A DNA stretch of 64,000 bases, from contig JAPLVZ010000012.1 of the NCBI GenBank assembly GCA_026396805.1, forward strand, positions 8,127 to 72,126, in the 5' to 3' direction. Position numbers and translations under genes: made by a program. Source of the DNA: Candidatus Falkowbacteria bacterium. GTDB lineage: Bacteria > Patescibacteriota > Patescibacteriia > Patescibacteriales > UBA12465. This document shows positions 62,263 to 64,000 of this stretch, one piece after another (within the stretch, counting starts at the first letter, position 1; every line of letters begins with the position of its first letter). The notes under the pieces were generated by a model that made no database searches, was not told where the DNA came from, and worked only from the letters and a program-made list of their open reading frames with translations.

Positions 62263-62796
62263 ATGAAAAATAATTTTAAAAAAAATTTTGCTTATATTGA
62301 CGGCGCCAATCTTCATAAAGGAATAAAAGATTTTGGTTGGCGGCTGGATTATAAGCGTTTTCGCGTTTGGCTGAAAGAAAAATACTCAGTTGAATGCGCC
62401 TATTTATTTATCGGATTAATCCCAAAATATAAAGATTTGTATGCTTTTTTGCAAAAATCCGGGTTTACTCTTATTTTTAAAGAAACAACTTATGATGGTA
62501 ATGGCAGGGTGAAAGGAAATTGTGATGCCGATTTGGTTTTAGCGGCGGTACGTGATACTTTTGAAAATTCTTATTTTAAATCAGTTTTAGTTTCTAGCGA
62601 TGGCGATTACGCGGGTTTAGTGAAATTTCTTTTAGAAAAGAATAAGTTTAAAATTTTACTTTCACCGGATGAACATTGTTCGGTTCTATTAAAACGTACC
62701 AACGCCCCGATTTCTTATTTGAGTGATAAGAGAAATATCTTAGAAAATATTGATCGTCTTTATAAAAAAGCCCCCGATGCGGACAAAACCGCATAA
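62263..62796 (+). CDS. NYN domain (LabA/DUF88, PIN-like) protein
   Basis: AYIDGANL, KGNCDADL, VSSDGDY. Confidence 0.9.
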   Translation: MKNNFKKNFAYIDGANLHKGIKDFGWRLDYKRFRVWLKEKYSVECAYLFIGLIPKYKDLYAFLQKSGFTLIFKETTYDGNGRVKGNCDADLVLAAVRDTFENSYFKSVLVSSDGDYAGLVKFLLEKNKFKILLSPDEHCSVLLKRTNAPISYLSDKRNILENIDRLYKKAPDADKTA

Positions 62797-62815
62797 GGGT
62801 CTTTTTTGTAGTGAT
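62764..62815 (-). ncRNA. Predicted antisense sRNA over the 3' end of NYN gene 1
   Basis: Minus-strand promoter TTGACT(62849-44)-16-TAAAAT(62827-22). Predicted RNA AUCACUAC + hairpin + U6. Confidence 0.55.
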
Positions 62816-62898
62816 GGTTATATTTTATCACTTTTTAAAAATAAGTCAACCACCTGTATTAGTCCAACACATATTAGTCGAGTTTAGAAGAAAGCTTC

Positions 62899-62933
62899 TC
62901 AGTTGTCCGAAAAAACCGGACAACTGAAATTAT
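62899..62933 (+). pseudogene. Orphan Bro-N hairpin cassette
   Basis: TCAGTTGTCCG-AAAAAAC-CGGACAACTGA, reads QLSEKTGQLKL. Confidence 0.65.
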
Positions 62934-62949
62934 TATTAATTTTAAATTT

Positions 62950-63231
62950 ATGGACAAGAAAAACAATCAAATCATTATTTACAGTACGGAAGATGGGAAG
63001 ATGAAGCTTGAGGTTAAGCTTGAAAATGAGACCGTTTGGTTAAGTCAAAAACAGATGGCGGAGCTGTTTGACTGTAGTATCCGGAACATCAGCTTACATT
63101 TACAAAATGTGTTTAATGAGGCTGAACTTAGCGAAAATTCAGTTATGAAGGATTACTTCATAACTGCCTCTGACAAAAAGAATTACCTGATTAAATACTA
63201 CAATTTAGACGCGATTATCTCGGTCGGCTAA
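62950..63231 (+). pseudogene. RhuM N-terminal fragment
   Basis: Start nearly identical to the 29793 RhuM (KNNQIIIYSTEDGKMKLEVKLENETVWLSQ); ends at ISVG*. Confidence 0.85.
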
Positions 63232-63265
63232 TGTTAGGGGAAAATATAACTTTTAAAAAAGAAAA

Positions 63266-63799
63266 ATGATTAATAATAAGCAAATAAAAAATTTGGCGTT
63301 CATAGATGGACAAAATTTATACATGGGTACCGCCAAAAGACAAGTTGATCCATGGAGAATAGATCTTGATCGTTTTCGCGTATATTTGGAGAAAAAATAT
63401 AATACCAGTAAAGCTTATTATTTTTTAGGATATGTCCAAAGAATGAATCAAGAATTATATGAGGAAATTCAAAACGCTGGTTTTGTTTTAGTATTTCGCG
63501 AGCATAATCCGGCGATGATTGGAAAGAAAAAGGGGAATGTAGACTCGGATATTATTTTTCAGATAATGAAAAAAATGTATAAAAAAGAAGATTTTGACAA
63601 AATTATTCTTGTCTCCGGAGATGGTGACTATAAATTGCTGGTCGATTTTTTAATTGAAGAAAACAGATTTAAAAAGATTTTATTTCCTGATAGAAGTAAA
63701 AGATCATCCCTTTACAAAAGTTTGTCAAATAAATTTTTTGCTTATTTGGACGATACCGATATTAAAAATAAGATAAAAAAAAAGAAAAGGGTGCCTTAG
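63266..63799 (+). CDS. NYN domain (LabA/DUF88, PIN-like) protein
   Basis: AFIDGQNL, KGNVDSDI, VSGDGDY. Confidence 0.9.
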   Translation: MINNKQIKNLAFIDGQNLYMGTAKRQVDPWRIDLDRFRVYLEKKYNTSKAYYFLGYVQRMNQELYEEIQNAGFVLVFREHNPAMIGKKKGNVDSDIIFQIMKKMYKKEDFDKIILVSGDGDYKLLVDFLIEENRFKKILFPDRSKRSSLYKSLSNKFFAYLDDTDIKNKIKKKKRVP

Positions 63800-63833
63800 G
63801 TAATTAACCGTTCGGACCCCCTTTCGTCGTAAT
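63775..63833 (-). ncRNA. Predicted antisense sRNA over the 3' end of NYN gene 2
   Basis: Minus-strand promoter TTGACT(63867-62)-16-TATTAT(63845-40). Predicted RNA AUUACGAC + hairpin + U-run. Confidence 0.55.
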
Positions 63834-63894
63834 GCTAATATAATAGCAAGTAGGTTAAAAAAGTCAATATTATGATTGAGTTGGAAAACGAATA

Positions 63895-63930
63895 AATAAA
63901 AACACCCTTTTTCAGAAAGAGTGATTTTAT
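63895..63930 (-). terminator. Terminator-like hairpin on the minus strand
   Basis: Minus strand AAAATCACTCTTT-CTGAA-AAAGGGTGTTTTTATTT. Confidence 0.55.
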
Positions 63931-64000
63931 TGTGCCTGCTCTTCAGCTTACTATCCTTTTCAGGATCCGGCCGAAAGGAGCCTTCGCTCACAAGCACATT

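Noticed and set aside
63725..63997. 90-aa minus-strand ORF
   Set aside because: It runs through a terminator and promoter and overlaps the NYN gene; no recognisable protein features.
63930..64000. Hammerhead ribozyme (CTGAAGA on the minus strand)
   Set aside because: I could not build the three stems with GAAA and NUH in the required order.
1..64000. tRNA, rRNA, IS transposase, prophage structural genes, alternative genetic code
   Set aside because: None recognised by eye, and long ORFs are intact under the standard code. tRNAscan-SE and Rfam scans would be needed to exclude small RNAs.

Overview
This bacterial window uses the standard code (TGA is a stop). Its gene content fits Patescibacteria/CPR, probably Parcubacteria and Falkowbacteria-like; the taxonomy is an inference. 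The first ~27 kb is housekeeping, competence and DNA repair: a PilB/GspE ATPase missed by the ORF track, tyrS-argS-glyS, an unannotated 36-aa Lys/Ala-rich protein, a ComEC MBL domain, gyrA with an intein, rmuC, an O-antigen-ligase-like gene, radC, an M16 peptidase, a UvrD-nuclease fusion with an intein, and ruvB. From ~27 to 61 kb lies a large surface-glycan locus with GT2s, methyltransferases, DegT, a flippase, GT-C-like membrane proteins and a B12 radical SAM carrying a third intein. It also contains a complete PEP-to-2-hydroxyethylphosphonate module (CyTase-PepM, Ppd, Fe-ADH) and a CDP-alcohol phosphotransferase. Islets of RhuM, Bro-N, DUF1016, AAA, HEPN-like and NYN genes interrupt the locus. 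Two unexplained patterns stand out. First, every RhuM, Bro-N and DUF1016 copy carries a near-perfect palindrome inside its coding sequence. The palindrome differs between paralogs yet stays symmetric, and orphan variant cassettes sit between genes (12 hairpins in total). Second, both NYN RNase genes end in a convergent promoter of identical geometry that would make a ~55-nt terminated antisense hairpin RNA. No CRISPR array, tRNA, rRNA, transposase or reverse transcriptase was recognised.
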